DNA of 56,471 nucleotides, filler included, from Dugesia japonica (Eukaryota): assembly GCA_001938525.1 (NCBI GenBank). It is 5 parts of 5 records of this genome, joined end to end, with 100 filler letters (N's around TTAATTAATTAA, not from the genome) between each part and the next. Parts side by side here need not be neighbours in the genome. Positions count along the whole stretch, not along the records: positions 48,008 to 56,471 come from MQRL01601128.1; 4 more parts are not named here. One strand, given 5' to 3'. The notes beneath the pieces were generated by a model. It was not told the DNA's origin and did no database searches. It saw only the letters and a list, made by a program, of their open reading frames with translations. Both the position numbers and the translations under genes were made by a program. This document shows, one piece after another, positions 51,901-56,471 of this stretch (the first letter of the stretch is position 1; the number at the start of each line of letters is the position of its first letter).

Positions 51901-52010
51901 NNNNNNNNNNNNNNNNNAAATGAAACAATCATAATTTGTTTCCATTTAGAAGAAATTCCAATGTTTACACGATTAAATTAAAAATTAAAATAATATACTT
52001 AAACCTAATT

Positions 52011-52185
52011 GAACTTGATAATATGCATTACCAAAATCAATAGTATTAAAATATCTTGCACCACTCAAATTGTCTAGTATTTCCTCTACATTGGGCATCA
52101 GAAATGCCTGTCTTTCTGTGATTGCATTCAGTTTTCTAAAATCTAGACATAATCTAACGTCTTTTCTTTCTTTTTTCCAAACACA
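52011..52185 (-). pseudogene. Gypsy RT N-terminal fragment
   Basis: KKEKDVRLCLDFRKLNAITERQAFLMPNVEEILDNLSGARYFNTIDFGNAYYQVQL. Confidence 0.85.
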
Positions 52186-54420
52186 TATTTATGGAAGAAA
52201 TTCCAATGTTTACACGATTAAATTAAAAATTAAAATAATATACTTAAACCTAATTTGTAAGGAAAAAAAAGAGAAATCAGACTAAAGAATTTTCCACGTA
52301 AGATTTTTCGGACAACCCAATACTACAACATTTGGAAGCGGAAAGATGAAAAATGCGATATTAAATTTGATAGAAGGAAAGCAAGAAAAATACAAGAGTT
52401 TAGATGAAAAAATGTTAGTTTTAGTTTACACACGAAGAAAATGTTGGAGGTCAAAATGACGTTTGAAAGTAACATTTACAATATCGAAATGGAAAGATGA
52501 AGAAGCAGATAATTGAAGATTGTCATATATGACAGGAACAAGTAAATCAAAATAATTTCGCCAGAAGAGAGCTTATATAGCGTTAAAGAAAGAAATTTGG
52601 AAATCATGATTATTAGATGATGTTTTAGTTAAGAAGAGAAACTATCTGTGTGAATTAAAAATGTTTTAATTTGTGCGGGAATGTAAAATTTGGTAAAAAT
52701 GTTGGGAGTAAATATTGAGAGTTAAACAATAGATCAAGACAAAGATTATAAACGAAGAAAATTTAGTATTAATCTATTTGTAAACTGAAAAAAAATTTGA
52801 AATTAAAATTTATGATCAAAGTACAAGTAAAATGTTATCTATTTCATAACGCCTTTGACTAATTGACCCGCATTGTTTAATTGTAATCGATTTGTAATTG
52901 GAACGTTTATAGATTAATAACATTTAATACTAATTAAACGAATACGATAATTTGGAGTCAGAGTATGAAATAAATCTAACTTTATGTTTATAAAATTCCA
53001 AGATATTTACTAATGTAATATCTTGTAATACCGGACCTAACACATAAATGCAAATTAATTGCTAATTTTAATTTCTTTTTTTCTGGATAGTAATTCAAAT
53101 ATTTATTGTAAATTAAATTTGATTGAATTTTTATGCTTGTTGATAACATTTCTGCTGTTTATTGTAGTGGAGGCTAAACAGCTAACTTTTGGTGGTAAAA
53201 AGAAGAACTACTTTGTTCACTTAACTTGCCGCTTAACAACTAACATTGAGATTTTTAACAAATTTTAAAATATTAAATCAACATAATATTTCTAAGATTT
53301 TGTTATAAAAAATAATTAATTAAGTATTTATAACTTTGTTAAGTCAACATGAAATAAATGCATTTAATATTAATATAAAAAAGTTCCACGATTATTACTT
53401 TACAAATATACTTATCATTAGAAAAATTTTATCAGTAGTGAGTCAGATTAAAAATTATTGTATTGGTGGCCCGTGATGTGCCAAAGGTAAGGCGACCACT
53501 GGTTTATTAGATCTGCATAGTTAATTATTTGATAATAGTAACTTAGTGAAACTGGATTCTAATTCGGTAGAGATAAATCAAATAAGATTATTCCTATTAG
53601 CGGTATCTCTATTAACATCCGACTAATTCATCAAATAGATTTATTAAAATTACAATTTACAAAATTTTTATCTACTCTAAATTGTCAACATGTTAACATT
53701 AAAACAATCGACAATTTTTAAATTTAAATACTTTATAATTATAAACAAGAAAATCACAACCCTCAATTTACTCCTTACAATTCTATTTAAAAATTCATAA
53801 TTAAATATAACAATAATTTTTGGGAGATTTTAAGTTAATCAAAAAAAAATCAAATATAAAATAGATTTAATTTCATTAATTATTTTTCAAATTCCATTAA
53901 TTTTTCGGTTTATAATTGAAACCTATTCGCATTCAAATATTATCAGATTAGACTTCGGTAAAAATTTTAAAAAATACTTTACTGATTTATTCAACATTCA
54001 ATAAATGCGTATATTAAGAAAATCAAATTGCCAAATTATTTCATTTATTACAAATAAATTATTAATTTGCGGTAAAATTTTAAGAATATCAAACAAACAG
54101 TTTGAATGATTTATCATAAAAATTATTTTAAATTACTCAATATTTGGTGAATATTATTGAGAATTGGAACATTCGATGTTGACGATTGCTAAATTTGTCA
54201 ACCATTCGATTATTTCATTATCATTTCGTCTTAGGCTCTCTTGATTAAAAGGGTTAATAAAACATTTAAGGTAAACTAACGCATTTTTCAAATTTAAATG
54301 TTTCAAATTGTGTGTTTCAGCAATCTGAATTTTGGTAAATTTAAATAAACAGTTAGACGAATATTGTAAATATTTTCAGGGAATATCAAAAATATATTTA
54401 TGATAATTTTTCTGAAAACC

Positions 54421-54542
54421 GCGCATTAATAAAGCAAGAGTCAACAAAAAACATGTCATAAAAACAATCTTAATATGAAAAAATAACATACAAAAAAGGA
54501 AATTTATTTTTATTAAATCATTCGCTTGCTTTATTAATGCGC
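54421..54542. repeat. 18-bp perfect inverted repeat (MITE-like)
   Basis: gcgcattaataaagcaag (54421-54438) / cttgctttattaatgcgc (54525-54542). Confidence 0.7.
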
Positions 54543-55326
54543 AATTTTTAAAGACGCGGTTTTGTAATGTTTACCTTTTAAAGNCATTAAAAAATTTGTT
54601 AGAATATCTAGATTAAACAAATACTTTTTTAATAATTAATAAAGCTATATAAATAGCTTTATAGCTTTATATAGATTTATTATGGATATATATAGGTATT
54701 TACTTTTCTCAAATATTTTAAATCGTAACTATAAATATATTGACTTATCATGTCATATTTTAAACCGCCACGTTTGCATTACAATATTAGCAGACTAAAT
54801 ACTAATATAAATTCATTTTATTTCAAAATTTCTACGAAAACCGGACAAATTAATCCTGACCATGATTTTAAAAACCGGCTTGTTGGCAGAACAGTATGGA
54901 TTAGATGCCCTATCTCATTTTAGCTTATAAAATAATTAAATAGTTTTCTTTTAAATAATTTCATTTCGAATTTACAATAATAGTAAAAAGATAAGATCTA
55001 AATATGTTTTGTTCGTTTTCAGTTTTCTAAATTTTTGGCACTAGTTTTCTTCAGGAAATTACTGAGATTTAATAAAATTTATTACTTATAATTTATAAGA
55101 CGTAGATCAATTTTTGGTTCAATGTTTTTATAAAAGTGTATTATGTCTGTTAGATGAGTTTGAAGCATTCATCGGATAATTAATGTCAAAACTCGTTCCC
55201 ATAAAATATTTATTCACAAAACAAAACTATATCCAACACTATTTGTTTATTCAAACAAAATAAAATTCTATGTTTTAATTGGTGATCCTTTTTCAAATAT
55301 TAAAATTTTAAACAAAATAATAATAA

Positions 55327-56385
55327 ATGGAAATATTACAAAATTTCAACAAATTTCAGTGGCCCGAAGAATGGAAAATAAGGTCATAGTGTATGCATTT
55401 TGTGCCTGAATGACCAACAATGATATTTGTGAGAAATTGAAGTTGCCTATGAGAACAATTCAAAGAATCAGGAAGCAGTTGGTTGATTTAGACTTTAACG
55501 TCAAACTGGTTGGTAACAGAAAAAATCACGATCTAGCAGAACAGCGAGTTAGAAACCCAAAATTCATTGAGGATGTAAATCAACTCGTTGACTATGACCC
55601 ATCCATGTAATGCATGAGATTTCTCGACAGAAACGCACCTGCGACATCACTATGAGACTCTGCATGGAAGAAGATATTGGCTACAAGTCATATAAGATGC
55701 GGAAGGGACAGCTTCTAACAAAACAATTGAAAATGAGACGTCTGTTGAAGAGCAAGACACTTTTGGAAAAGAATTAACATTCACTGAAGCCAAAGATGTT
55801 GTGGTGTTTTTCGGATGAGAAATATTTTTGTCAGGATCAGGCACACAATATGAAAAATAACAAATGGCTAGCTGTTAGTCCTGACAATGTGCCCAGAGTT
55901 ATGAAAACCAAATTTCCAGCACGCCTCATGGTTTTTAGTGTTCTTAGTAGTGAAGGTGATGTTATGGCTCCACATTTCATTGAGGAAGGAGTAATCAAGA
56001 TATGTATCAAAATAATCTTTCCACTGTCGTAAAACCTTGGATAGAAAGAGTTGCCGCTGGTAAACCTTACGTGTTTCAACAAGATTCAGCTCCAGCACAC
56101 ACGGTCAGGAAAAATGAAAAGTGGATATCAAAAAACTTTTATGACCACGTTACTCCTGAATTGTGACCTCCAAACTCTCCTGATTGTAATCCGCTTGACT
56201 ATTTCGTATGGGGCGCGGTTGAAGCAATAACAAATATGACTGCCTGCAATAACGAAATCGAACTGCGAAATAGAATATGCCAAGCATTTCAAAATTTGTC
56301 TCCTGGTGTTGTTAAAATGACTTGTTCTCGTTTCACGGGTCGTATAAAGGCTGTAATTGATGCTGATGGTGATTTTATTGAGTAA
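55327..56385 (+). pseudogene. maT/Bmmar-type DD37D transposase
   Basis: HTH, FSDEK, FQQDSAPAH...PPNSPDCNPLDY with 37 residues between the 2nd and 3rd Asp. Stops and frameshifts. Confidence 0.9.
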
Positions 56386-56471
56386 TTATAACCTATGATG
56401 TTTTACTGATATTTGTAAAATTTCAAATAAATGTTCAAATTTATAGTTTTTATAGATATTTTCTTTATATA

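Overview
AT-rich, gapped draft scaffold of a compact animal genome. The ~40-50 bp introns and a flatworm/mollusc-type Cys-loop channel suggest a spiralian, possibly an orthonectid such as Intoshia; this is unverified inference. The main feature is a ~13 kb endogenous Polinton/Maverick virus (adintovirus-like, ~3570-16650), now pseudogenised. On the + strand it carries a major capsid protein, a PLA2-like domain fused in frame to an integrase, a packaging ATPase, a pX/mu-like core protein, a minor capsid protein, an adenain protease, a fibre-like gene and a membrane protein. On the - strand, converging on these, is a protein-primed PolB with N-terminal zinc fingers and an endonuclease VII-like insert. 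About 12 copies of a GC-rich CCC-N3/5-GG(G)NCCC mini-hairpin motif, plus other GC palindromes, are scattered through this virus, mostly in frame inside genes; I did not see the motif elsewhere in the window. Host genes are an intronless glutamate/glycine-gated chloride channel-like subunit with an atypical M2 pore, the 3' part of an SLC20/PiT phosphate transporter, and some orphan exons. The remainder is transposon debris: mariner, maT DD37D, Tc1-like, pogo, hAT (one complete with TIRs and TSD), MULE, gypsy, Penelope, MITEs and an 18S rDNA fragment. All calls come from manual translation and motif recognition; no searches were run.
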